A DNA stretch of 63,491 nucleotides, filler included, from Conidiobolus incongruus B7586 (Eukaryota): the NCBI GenBank assembly GCA_000697335.1. It is 10 parts of 10 records of this genome, joined end to end, with 100 filler letters (N's around TTAATTAATTAA, not from the genome) between each part and the next. Parts side by side here need not be neighbours in the genome. Positions count along the whole stretch, not along the records: positions 24,265 to 54,846 come from JNEM01006898.1; 9 more parts are not named here. One strand, given 5' to 3'. The notes under the pieces are model-generated. The model did no database searches. It was not told the origin of the DNA and worked only from the letters and a program-made list of their open reading frames with translations. The translations under genes and the position numbers were made by a program. Below, in pieces: positions 40,040 to 53,686 of the stretch. How positions within the stretch are numbered: the stretch's first letter is position 1; each line of letters starts with the position of its first letter.

Positions 40040-43000
40040 TTCGATTTGTTTTTATTTTTATATATTCAATTAATGACTATAAAATATTAAAATACAATTA
40101 AATTATTCATCTGTTGAGTAAATATATTAAAATTTATTACCTATAAGTTAATTTACAAAAGTATATGTTTTTAAATTATTATAATTAGCAATGATAAGTG
40201 AAATCAATAAAAATTTAGTAAATTAATTAATATTCAATTAAAATTGATAGCGTTTATAATATCACCAACTTTAAATAATAACTTATCGATATATATATAT
40301 ATGCTAAAAACTCTTTTTTTCACACTATTTAAATATAATAATACTAATTAAACAATATTAAATAAATTATGAATGAATAATTAAAGAAAACTGAAGATAA
40401 AAGGTTGAAAAGTTAGAGTAAATTAAGGAAATTTTTAATATTATCAATAATAAATTCAATCACTTGATCACTACCACTGTTTTTAACTAATTACGTAAAT
40501 TTTAAAATTGTTTTATTTTTGTGCTAAATCTATTTTATTTTAAATTTTACTTTAATTAATACTGGGACTATAAAATCTAAAAATTAATACTAGAATATTT
40601 AATAATTTATTATAATAAAATAACATATTTAATACACAGAAATATTACACAAAAAATAATGAATTATTAAACAAATTCAAAAATTGTAAATTTTATTTTA
40701 TATTCAATAAAAAAAAATAAATGAAAAATTAACAAAAATTATAAGAAAAATAAATACTTGTTTCAAACGGGTGAATAGCAACTAATTTAGCTAAATTAAA
40801 ACTTAATAATTTTTAAAAATAATAACAAAGTTTAAAATTGACAGTAAATAAGATCTAGAATTGTATATAATATGAATTAAATTAATAAACATACTCAATA
40901 TTTTCATTAGCTGAATAGTTTGGCAGTTACATAATGCATAATATACTATTACTATCATATCATATCATTAACTTAACAATAGTTTTAATCTTCATACTTT
41001 CTTATAAAAATTTATCTGCGAATTAATTAAATTTATGTAGATTAAATTTAGATATTTCTCCTAAAATTAATCTTGATATTCATAATATTACTTAAGGTTA
41101 TCAATCAGCTACATTACAATAATTAATTATAAAGAGATTTTAAAAGCTTAAATTTATATTGCATTTATATTATTAATAATTATCTAAATATAGAGGGATT
41201 TTGAAAAATATTTTAAAACTTGAAATATTCATTATTACAATGACCACTACCATAGATATTGGTTGAAATTTATTGTATTATTGAGTTAATAGGTATGTAT
41301 AAACTTTTAACGAAGTTGAAATCAATTGCATATAATAATAAGGATATGAAAGATCATTTTTATAATAATTAATAGTTAATAAATCTCAATTGATATTAGT
41401 TATTGATATTTTTAATGGTTTAATGCAATATATTATTATCAATATATAGCAATCATAGTAAAATATCTGTATTATCATTTTGAAATTAAATCACCTCAGT
41501 ACAAATCCAATGTTTAAACCTCACATTTTTAAATCTAATTTATGCTAAAATCTACTATTATAACCTCTGGTGGATTGATACAATTTATTTTTATTGATTA
41601 TAATTTTAAATATGTGGTTTTTTCTGTACTTGATCTATATTTGTATATTATTAAATTATTTTGACTAATTTTATTGAAGGTGAATATAAAAATAAAACGG
41701 ATTAAATTGAAAATTTAAATGAGTATTCTATAAATTAAACTTGGATATATTTCAGATCACTTTTAATATAATATGATATAATATAATATAATTCAATAAC
41801 TACTATACTCCTATAGTGAGTAAATATTGAATAATGCTTCGCAATATCAACTATTTTCTATTTTGATCAAATTTTTATACAAAATTAATTTTGAAATGAT
41901 ATAATAGGGTTAAAGTGAAAATCAATGTAATGAGATTATTATAAAAATAAAATCAATATATAAATAATTTTTCATAGTTTACAATGTAACTTCTAATACA
42001 TACTATGATATAATGCTTAAGTATATTAATTAATTAATTAATTAATTATTAATTAATTTTGGTTCAAATAAAAAGTGATTGATATTTGGAAAATATGCTT
42101 TGTTCATTGCTCATCACTGCTTTTTACTTTATATAATTTAAAATTAAATTTACTATAACAGTAGTAAAGATACTTTTTGGCTTATTATTGAAATTATAAA
42201 ATTTGAATATAATGATATTAAAAATTTATTGAAGAGTAATTTAGTAAAAATTTTTGTAATTTGCAAATATCTCATAAATTTATCATAATTTTCAAATTGA
42301 ACTTCAAATGTTTCATTTCTCAACAAATGCTTTATAAATCTGATCTTTCTTTGTGCCAAAATGCTTTAAAGATGATATGTACTTGAATTTGATATATTAA
42401 TAATGGAAGATATTGTAAATAAAATCTATTTTTATTAATTAATTATATTCATTCAATATTAAATATGAAAAAAGCTTAAGTATATTTTGCTGATTTGATC
42501 ATTTAATGATATTTCAATATACTAAAAGTACAACTAAGATTGTTAATTTCAAATTTTAAACAATTGGATAAATTTGCATTTGAAAAATATTATTTAAAGA
42601 TAATATACTATATGAAATTGAATATTAAGTATTAATCAATTTATAAATTTTAATAATATATAATATCATAAATTCAAGGTAATATTGATATTTCTAAATT
42701 AGAATATTTTAATTTATTGATTTTAATATAAAATTTTAATATATTTAATTTTAGGGATTATTAAAAATTAGGTTATTTTTAATATTTGAAATTGCCAACA
42801 TATACAACTAAATGAATTATATGTAATATCGGGATCTCTCAGTTTATTAATAAATAATATAACTTTTAATAGACAATATATTAACACATTATTAATATAC
42901 AACTATTACTATCCTAAAATATATAATCTAATACTGTTTACTTGATAAAAATCTTATAATTCAATATGGTAAAATATCATGTACAGCTGTTATCTAATGT

Positions 43001-43667
43001 TATAGTTTAAAAAATAACACATTATTCATTTAGTATAATTTAATAAATATTATACTTAATTATTGTAGCGATATTTCATCTATTGCAAAATATACTTAGA
43101 TAAATCGTTAAAATAATTGAAAATCATGCTATATTATAGTGTAAATTCAATTATTTCAAATTATAATTTAAGATAATAAATTTTGAAGTGATTATTGAGG
43201 AGAATTGATCAAATTGATAGCAATATAAATTAATACTGAAATATTAGTGATATTTTGATTGAATAATAAAATAAAAATAGTATAAAAATTTAGTAACTAA
43301 TAAATATTAATAAGCAATTTTATTACACTTTTAAATATGATGAAACTTATATTATTCATGAGTGGTAAAATACGCTATAATGAAATTTATAATTGTTTAT
43401 ATTTTGATGATATTTTTAAAAATTAATACATTATCATTCATTCTAATATTAGTTCATTAATTAAAATTTTAATAATGTTAATATTTATAAATTAGAATTT
43501 TATATTTAATTTTAAATAATATAGTGATTAAATACAAGTAATATTTTTCACAATATTTCACTTAAAATTAAATATTCTCATAAAATTTAAAATGATTTTA
43601 CAATTTGATTATCGAAATTATATTAAAAATAATATTTTAGACAGTTTGCTAATAAATTTATTGTATT

Positions 43668-43713
<46 letters not shown>

Positions 43714-45508
43714 GTCACACTGGAATGCATTAGTACGATTATAATTATAAATTATTTCAATATTCTTATCATATATTATATAATTAAGCTAAAATTCATT
43801 AATTTTCAAATTATAGAAATAACATTTTCTTTACTATATTTTCTAACACTAACCAAGCAAAATTTAAGTCTTTGTGTAATTTAAATTTAGCTAGTTTATG
43901 AGTATATAAATATTATATCAATTATTAAAACATCTATGACCATATAATAGCATTATTATTATTATTATTAATTTTGATATCTTAAATCAATTTTATATAA
44001 AGCAATTGTAAATATAATTTAATCACATTAAATTTTAGATCTGTTTATTTGCATAAAAATGACCATATCAAAACATTTAATAAAGTAACTAGCACAGCTT
44101 TTTTGGGTGATAAAGTTTGGCTACTCAATTATAAAATTTCAAATAATATTATAACTAATAAAATAATTTTAAACTAATTTTGAAACAATTAAAATTTAAA
44201 AATTAATTTTTTATAATTTAAATAAAAATTACTAATTTAACAATTATTTTTATTGCAAAAAATAATTTCCTTTTTGAATTTTAGTTATATTATTAAATGA
44301 CATTTTTTTATATTAGTATCTTTGATATATAATATCTTGTAGCTTAAAATAAACTTCATTTATTATTATATATATTATTCAATATATAGAAATTGATATT
44401 TCTTTACAGTATAAAAAATAACAAAAAATGATTATGAATATTTAGGTTATAAATAAATTGAGGTTTAATTCACACTGGACAGAATAATTGAGAATCTTTT
44501 ATAGTATTTATCTTAGAAATATATATATATATATATATATATCAGTAGCTATAAAGTAATAATAAATATATGATAATAATTTTATTATCCTTATGTTGGT
44601 TATAAGTTATTAAGGAAATGTAAATGTCTTATTATTCAAGAGTATCCTCAGATTGAACACCTTCGTAATTAAGTACTGCATTTTTTGATGATTCAGTTGA
44701 TTGTTAACAATGTTCCTAGTGAATAATTAATCGAATCAATCATTTTAAAATATATTTAAAATTATAATCATACACTAACCAATTGAATGAAATATTTATT
44801 CATAAATATTATATTTTATTCAATTTTAAAATGTATATATTTTTGAGCTTCATTATAAATAATATTATTTACTTGAATTTATAGATATTTAATTGATTCA
44901 ACCCCTTACACATAATCTAAAACCGAAAATTTCCAAAATTTATGATTTTAATATCTAAAATTAAAAGATATACTATTAATCAGAGTTAAATGTGTATAAA
45001 TGTAATATGAAGTTTTGAAAGAGTCTTCTTAAATGATAGAGCTATAATTATATATACGGGATGGTTGAAATATGAAATTCAATTGGTAAAATATTAATAA
45101 TTTGAAAAATTAAAGTAAAATTATTAATGATAATTTTTGAAAATTTTAAAATTATATAGATTGGAGAGATTATAAGGGGGTATAGGAGAATGATTAAAAT
45201 CTCTAAATAGGATTGATTCAAAATACTGAATGATTGATCGAAAATAATTGATTTGAGTTAATTTGTTGGAATTCATTTTGGTATCTAAAAATTTATGAAG
45301 ATTAGAAGAGAACATAGTAAATAATAATAATAATAATAATAATGAATTGAAGTGATAAATATTATATGTGAAAAGCATAGTGCTGGTGAAAAAATTCATA
45401 TGAATTTTGTATTTCATTGATCTAAAAAGTAAACAAAGTTAATACGATTTAAAAAAATAGAGTTGTATATATATTGTGATTTTATTATAGGATTGTGTAA
45501 GATTAAAT

Positions 45509-46544
45509 TTAGTTCTTGAAGATTTCTTGGAGTTTGTCGTAACCAGCCAAGACACCAGCACCAGCAATGGCACGGAGGATGTTGGCACCGGCACCCTTGA
45601 AGAGGGACTTGGTACCTTCGGTCTTGATGATTTGTTGGAAGCATTGGAGGGAGGAAGAGTACTTGACGGCTTGACCGGAGGTCATCATCATACGACGACG
45701 GACGGTATCGATGGGGTAGGAAGCGAGACCGGCAGCAATGGTGATGGTCCAACCTAAGAGGAAGGAAGCGAAGAGGTTGTTGGCGAGTTCACCAGTCAAG
45801 ATGACGGGCTTGATGGAATCGTACAAACCGAAGTACAAACCACGGTAGACAATGATACCAGCACAAGAGATGTTGAAACCTCTGTAGAGACCGGCAATAC
45901 CGTCGGAGGCGAGTGTCTTTCTGTAGACATCGATCAAACCGTTGAATTCACGTTGACCACCCTTCTTGGCAGACTTGTTGTCGTTAGCCAAACGAGTACG
46001 AGCGTAATCTAAGGAGTAGACGAATAAGAGGGAAGAGGCACCAGCAGCACCACCGGAGGCCAAGTTACCGGCGAACCACTTCCAGTAACCATCTTTATCC
46101 TTCTTGTAACCGAACATAGCCTTGAACTTGTCCTTGAAAGCCAAGTTAAGAGCTTGGGTAGGGAAGTAACGGATAACGTTAGCGGTGTTACCTCTCCACA
46201 AGGAGACGACACCTTCTTCCTTAACAACACGGGAGAAACAATCTCCAATACCCTTGTAAGGGGAGGAAAGACGACCTTGCTTGATCATTTCATCTTGGTT
46301 TTGGATCAACAACTTGACACGTTCAATGGGGGCAGCAGCGGTCTTGGAGACGGCAGCAGAGACACCACCAAGCATAAAGTCCTAGATGAGAAAAGATTGG
46401 TATTAGACTTACTGTTTGTATACATAGATTGGAAAATAAGCAATCATAGTCGAGGAGCTGGAAAGACTATACTCTTGACAAAGGTGTATATTAAATAGAA
46501 ATTAAACATACCTTTAAGAAGTTTTGTTGTTTATCACCGGCCAT
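45509..46544 (-). CDS. AAC: Mitochondrial ADP/ATP carrier, canonical paralogue, 301 aa; exons 46544-46512, 46381-45509
   Basis: [11 protein letters not shown] joined by a 130-nt GTATGT..CTAG intron to [25 protein letters not shown]. Has the RRRMMM signature, YRGLYFGLY and carrier repeats. Confidence 0.97.
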
Positions 46545-46800
46545 TTTGAAGTTGGAGAAGAGATGGATTTAGTAATGCTAAAAGCAATAACCGATTTCAA
46601 GCTGTAGAAAAATACTTATATACCTCACCCATTCCAGTAACCCACAATTCCATTGCTCAAATCTCATGGAATTGTGTAATTTTACCCAACTTATCCCAAC
46701 CACACAAAGCGTCGCATTTAACCAATCACAGTCCAGAAGTTAATCTCAATTCAAAAGGAGCCTAATTAATCTCACGCTGATGGGTGTGTGGCATTTGATT
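46545..46800 (-). promoter_or_regulatory. AAC promoter, homologous to about 52589-52850
   Basis: Blocks conserved between paralogues include the TATA element (plus-strand aatacttatatacctcacc), gcaataaccgatt and atcccaaccacaca. Confidence 0.6.
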
Positions 46801-47813
46801 TTACTATTATTTTAATTAACTGAAGTGATGGTATATAAGCTTCAAGCGTCTTTACAACTCCATGAATTTTAAAAATACATTAATTAACGATTTAAAAATA
46901 ATGAAAATACTATGAATATAAGATATCTATAATTGATCACGATGTAACACTAACCATCCATTTCACCCAAAGATAGAATCTCAACGGTAGAACACTTTAG
47001 TCAACTTTGATAATTCACAGACTAATCATTGGGTTATGATAGTAGCTCTACTCACACCATAAAGTATACTTAATAACTATGATTATTATTTTTAATATCC
47101 CACTCCAATAATGGATACTACAAATGATATAGGCACATAAATTGAAGATGGAAACTTCAACTTAAGATCGGATACTTACGGAATTTCACTTAATTAATTT
47201 TCAGATTGTCCCCCATAGTTTGGGATAATATTGGAGGATTTGGTATTATGCCCATTTCATTATAACAAAAATTGAAAATTTTTTTTTGATATTATTTAAG
47301 ATCCTTGATTACAAGTATGATTTAGATTCTTTAAAGAATATCGATATGATATGATATGATATGATATGATATAATTAACTTCTTTAGTTATATAATCTTA
47401 TTATTCTTTCAATATTATATAATTGTTGAAATAATAAAAACTATGATTAAATTCTTTTTAATCATAATTAAAATATTCAAATTATAATCAAGTTGAATAT
47501 TTATATTAAATTATTCGTAATATAGATCAAATAATTAAACAAAATAATTTGATCTATTCATATTCTAGTGAATTGTAAAGGTTTTAGTGATAATTAATAT
47601 TCTAAACAACATTCTTTAATGTTCTCATTGTCTATTAATTACACGTGATAATCCCAAACAATTTAAAAATATTGGTCCAATTTTCTTTTTTAGTTTAACA
47701 ATCTATAATTTTAATCCGAAATGTGGGAATTTTTAAATCCTTAATTTGGGGTTAATTTCCGGAAATTGTCAATTTGATATGATGATAATTAATGAATGAA
47801 TTTACAATATATC

Positions 47814-47856
<43 letters not shown>

Positions 47857-50800
47857 AATATTATTCTTGGATAGTAATATCACATAAAATACATGTTAAT
47901 TAATCAATTCAATAATTTTTACTTAAGTGAATATTTGAATAATATTGAGACTAGAATATTAAATTTTATCCATTTTAGTTGAAAGCGTTGGAATTAATTT
48001 AAAAAAAATTTCTTGATAAAATATTATTAGATCTCATTTACTTTGGTATAATTATGTGTAAAGATATTATGATAATAGATGTTGAGTTTTCCAAGGTTTT
48101 AGTCTGAATTATTAAAAACCTTATCAGCGCATGATCAAACAAATCGATTTACAAATTATCATCAATAGGCGCTTGAAACAATATACATTAGATGTTCATT
48201 AATTAAAAACAAAAGCAAATAGACATTCACAGAAGCCATGCCTTGTTATACACTCTGCACTTCGGCTTAAGTGAAACGACTCCCATAACGAATTATGTAC
48301 ATGATCATTTACCGATAAAATTTTGAATAATCTGGTCGAAAACTCTGGAAACCTCCATAGCAATTATCAAATTACCTTTACCTACAATTATGTCAGAGTA
48401 AATGAAGTTCGATCCATTCTTCACTTAGAATAAATCATTCCCAAAATCCAATTGATTTGAAATACTTTTTCAGAAGAGTAATTAATTGAAAGATTTGATG
48501 TAGCCCTTCCATTAATAATTACTTATATTGAAGGGTATAATTATTAGTATGCGTTGATTTAGCTATGATCATGAATTAGAATATAGTAACTTTGACGGAT
48601 ATTAAATTGATATTAATTAGTTTTTAGTTTTACCATTATATTATTAATTGATGGAACTAAAGTCGTTAATTAATAATTATTTCTTTTATAATTTCAAAAT
48701 ATTACAATATTGACCTAATTAAATATTTCTACAAAATATATACTACTTATTAAAAATTTTCTGTAACATAGATCAAACACTGACATGGTATACTTGGATC
48801 TATTTATACTTTTGTTAGTTTTATTGAATTGAATCTGGTTTTAAATAAATTGAATTTTTTGTAATATATTTAATATTCTCACAATATTATACTACATATA
48901 ATAAGCCCAACTTATTAAAACAATTTCTCAATTTTTCCTTTTTTATTTTCATCCGACAGTGTTATCACTTTTTCAGAATATATCGAATTGATTATGATTT
49001 AATTCCTTATATTCGACTCCAAATCGAATCTACAAATCTAACACATTCGAACAATTTGTGGATCTCGTCCAAATGATTATAAATGAATGATTCATCTTTC
49101 AAAACTAAATTTCTAATACATTTATATTTGAATTTTTTTTTAAAATTTAATGATAGTTTTAGAATCCATAATATATATATATATATGTATATATATATAT
49201 TCTTGACAATTCGAATAAATCTTACATTTTTGTAAACATTCTAACTCTTTAACTATAAAATAATCTTCAACAATTTGATAAAAATTCAAGTTTGAGAATA
49301 TTTGGTTGGAATTAATTTATAAATTACACCAAAAAGGACAAAATCAACTAATTTCCTTAATTTATTGAATTTTACAAGATTTCCTAATTGGGTTAAATTC
49401 TTAAAATAGATTTAATTATTATTCTAATTATATATTCTTTTTTCAAAATAAAATTATTGAGTTTTGGAAAATTCAATCATTTTCAAGTAATTAATTTGTT
49501 ATAGTAAATTTTATCTTAAATAATTATTTATATATTAAATTTATCGTTTTAATATGTAATACCTTGCAATTGTTATTTATCTGATATCCCAGTTCAAAAT
49601 ATTTATAAATTGGATTAAAATATTATCCTTCTATATAGTTATTCGAAATTTTCAAACTTGTCATCCTTTTGCACTAAATATTTATTATATTCCAATTATC
49701 GCATATAACAGCTTTATGGATATTAACGAATAATCAAAGTAACAGTTTTATTGGTTAGTTGTTTGCAATAATTAAGTTATTTTTTTATTCTAATATTTAT
49801 GAAAATTGTTAAGTAATTTTAAAAAATATACAGATATTGATATTTAAAGGTAAATTTTATAAGACATATTTTTATTGTTGTCAACTATTTTAGTGAAATT
49901 AAGTTAATATCATGTCCCATTTTGAGTGATGTACATTAATAATAAATTAATATACCATTATAAAATATATAGTAATATAAATATATTTTGGAAAGGATCC
50001 TAGAATAAAATAAAAACTTATATTATAAACTATTGTTATTACTATATAAAATGCTTTTTATTATTTATAATTTACAGATTATATAATTATTTTCTTAAAT
50101 TTATTATCCAAATTATTTCAAATCAAATATTAAATATAAATTATAATGAGTTCAATTGATAATTCAGAGTGTCTAAAAAATTCGAATTAAAACACTAATT
50201 CATCAATTTTCAATAACTAATCTTTTGTATTATGAAAATAAATTTTGTAATTTAATGTGATACATATATTATTACTTAGTACACTTATGTACCTTGATTT
50301 ATTAGATTCTATATTAGAAAGTGATATTTTTTCATATCAAACAAATCCAGGACCAAACAGAATATAGACATTGCATTAGCCATAAATATAATAACCTCTA
50401 ACTTATTTTATATTATAATCTCATTTTAATTTGATATTAATTTTTTGTAATATATTCAAGTTTTAATAATATTGAGATGTTTCCAAGTTTAGATATATTT
50501 TTAATATACGCAAATTGTTTCTCTCAGATAGTTAATATATTAAAAACTTTCTTTTCAAAATAGGCTCACTAATACAAATTTATTTGCTTTTAAATAAACA
50601 TAATCTAATCTTAATTTTTACTCAAAAATTTTTTTATAATTTTGAATATCATACATTTTTTTTCACGTTTTACTACAAAATTTTTTTTAAAATTTGCTCA
50701 AATTAATCAAGAAAACAAAATAAATTTTTAATAATTATTGCTACTAATGATTCAACCTGATTTTTGAACTTTTATATCACTTCAATTAAATGTAAATATA

Positions 50801-51546
50801 TATTTAAGGATATAATGATAGATTATAGCATATTAAGGTATTTGATATTTTATATAACCTTGCCATTGAATAAGTAGTATAGATTGTTTGAGGATCTAGG
50901 AGGATAATTAAATATCTTTAAATACCATTAGCTAACATCAATACAGTTGATATGAGATTGATTGATAATCTCTTAAATTTCGAATATTATATTTAAATGG
51001 ATATCAAAAATTTAAAATTATTAAAATTTTATAATTAAAATATTATAAAACTTGAAATAATGAAGAAAAAAAATGTTGTTTTTCTATTAAAATTTCTTTA
51101 AAATTAAAATTATAAATAATAATAATAATTAATTAGTTAATTAATTAGTTAATTAATTAATTAATCAAATATAATACTATGTTTCAAACATTCTAGAAAA
51201 TAAAAATAATGAATGCAGTAAAGAATATAAAATTGAAATATTTTATATTAGGTCAAATTTTACCAATTAGTTTTAATTATATGTGATCTTGCATTAATAA
51301 ATTTTAGAATGTTTAAATGATAAATATTTAAATTTGAAAATTTGAAATATTGAAATAGAATGTGAAACAATTAAATAATATATGATTATAATAAATATTA
51401 TATATTAAGAGAGACATACAACTTCAAAAGTTTAATATAGTTTAATTTTCTTGAATTAATCATCTAAGTAATAATCAAAATTAATATAATATGAAATAAT
51501 ACATTGCTGTATATATATTGTAATTTTATTATGAAAATGTAAAACA

Positions 51547-52588
51547 TTAAATCTTTTCCTTGAAGATTTCTTGGAGTTTGTCGTAACCAGCCAAGACACC
51601 AGCACCAGCAATGGCACGGAGGATGTTGGCACCGGCACCCTTGAAGAGAGACTTGGTACCTTCGTTCTTGATGATTACTTGGAAGGCTTGGAGGGAGGAA
51701 GAGTACTTGACGGCTTGACCGGAGGTCATCATCATACGACGACGGACGGTATCGATTGGGTAGGCAGCGAGACCGCCGACGATGGTGATGGTCCAACCTA
51801 AGAGGAAGGAAGCCATGAAGTTGTTGGCGAGTTCACCGGTCAAAATGACAGGCTTGATAGAATCATACATACCTAAAGTCAAACCACGATAGATGACAAT
51901 ACCGACACAGGAGAGGGTGAAACCTCTGTAGAGACCGGCAATACCGTCGGAGGCGAGTGTCTTTCTGTAGACATCGATCAAACCGTTGAATTCACGTTGA
52001 CCACCCTTCTTGACAGACTTGTTGTCGTTAGCCAAACGAGTACGAGCGTAATCTAAGGAGAAAACGAATAAGAGGGAAGTGGCACCAGCAGCACCACCGG
52101 AAGCCAAGTTACCAGCGAACCACTTCCAGTAACCATCTTTATCCTTCTTATAACCGAACATAGCCTTGAACTTGTCCTTGAAAGCCAAGTTAAGAGCTTG
52201 GGTAGGGAAGTAACGGATAACGTTAGCGGTGTTACCTCTCCACAAGGAGATGGCACCTTCTTCCTTAACAACACGGGAGAAACAATCTCCAATACCCTTG
52301 TAAGGGGAGGAAAGACGACCTTGCTTGACCATTTCATCTTGGTTTTGGATCAACAACTTGACACGTTCAATGGGGGCAGCAGCGGTCTTGGAGACGGCAG
52401 CAGAGACACCACCAAGCATAAAGTCCTAGATGAGAAAAGATTGGTATTAGACTTACTGTTTGTATACATAGATTGGAAAATAAGCAATCATAGTCGAGGA
52501 GCTGGAAAGACTATACTCTTGACAAAGGTGTATATTAAATAGAAATTAAACATACCTTTAAGAAGTTTTGTTGTTTATCACCGGCCAT
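51547..52588 (-). CDS. AAC: Mitochondrial ADP/ATP carrier, divergent tandem paralogue, 303 aa; exons 52588-52556, 52425-51547
   Basis: Same structure offset by 6044 nt. RRRMMM intact, YRGLYFG changed to YRGLTLG. Confidence 0.96.
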
Positions 52589-53654
52589 TTTGAAGTTGGA
52601 GAAGAGAAAGAATTAATAATGCAAAGAGCAATAACCGATTCCAAGTGGTTTAAGAATACTTATATACCTCACCTATTCCTATAACAAAGCTTCAATGGCT
52701 CAAATATCAGAGAATTATATATTATTACCCAACGGATCCCAACCACACACAGCTGACCCTCCGGTGAATCACGTTCAAGTATTTGATCCGAATCCGAACG
52801 GAAATAAATTAATGCCACGCTAATGTGTGTGTGTGTGTGGTATTCGATTAAACTATTTATAATGAAAATTAGTGATATTCAATTTGATAATATTAAAAAT
52901 TTTTTAAACTCAATTGATTTATTATTTTTTTAATTATTTTAAACTTGTTTATATTATACTAAAATATCTATACAGCTTATAATTTATAAAAAAAATACTT
53001 TAAAAAATTGACCAATTTAAAGGCTATAAATTAATGCAACAGTCATCTTGCAGAGTATACTTCAATATATATTTTGTATTAAACCTTAGTTTAAAAACTC
53101 CATATTTTCCTTTTCAGTTAATTTTTTTTGAACAATTATCAAAAATTTTTCGATCATTTGTAAATTTAGTAAATCATATGATAATGAAAAAAATTATATT
53201 TTAGTCAGGTTTGAAATTTATTGAATTATTAAATTTGATATACTTGAGAAATATTTATAATATTGGAAATAATAAATTATTTTATTAATACTGAAACAGC
53301 AAAAATATATAGTTTTATTTGTTTTTTTCAATATTATTGGCATTTAATTGATATATATATATTTAATGTAAACAATTGACATTTTTACAATAGAAATGTA
53401 AATAATAATAAATTACATGATTTATTTGTTATTAATACATCGATATCTTGTAAATAATATCCTTCATTTTGCTATATAATAAATACTACTAAATTATTTA
53501 TATCTATTTACAATTATTTAACATTTTAAAATTCAAAATTATTGATATTATTAGTTTATTAATACTATTTTAATATTTACATGAACATGATTTAATTTAT
53601 AACTATTCGATATTAAAATTTATATTATGATTTTTGTTTGAATTTATTAAGTTT

Positions 53655-53686
<32 letters not shown>

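Noticed and set aside
43673..43708. (TA)n, (GATAT)n and similar short tandem runs (also near 33003, 44520, 47343, 47818, 54783)
   Set aside because: Ordinary microsatellites with no spacer structure, so not CRISPR-like or telomeric arrays.
46463..46473. AAGACTATACT resembling the 5' end of U3 snoRNA
   Set aside because: Antisense to the AAC intron, with no downstream U3 boxes.
45414..46498. Overlapping and antisense ORFs around both AAC genes (also 51456-52542)
   Set aside because: By-products of strong codon bias in a GC-rich gene, repeated only because the gene is duplicated.
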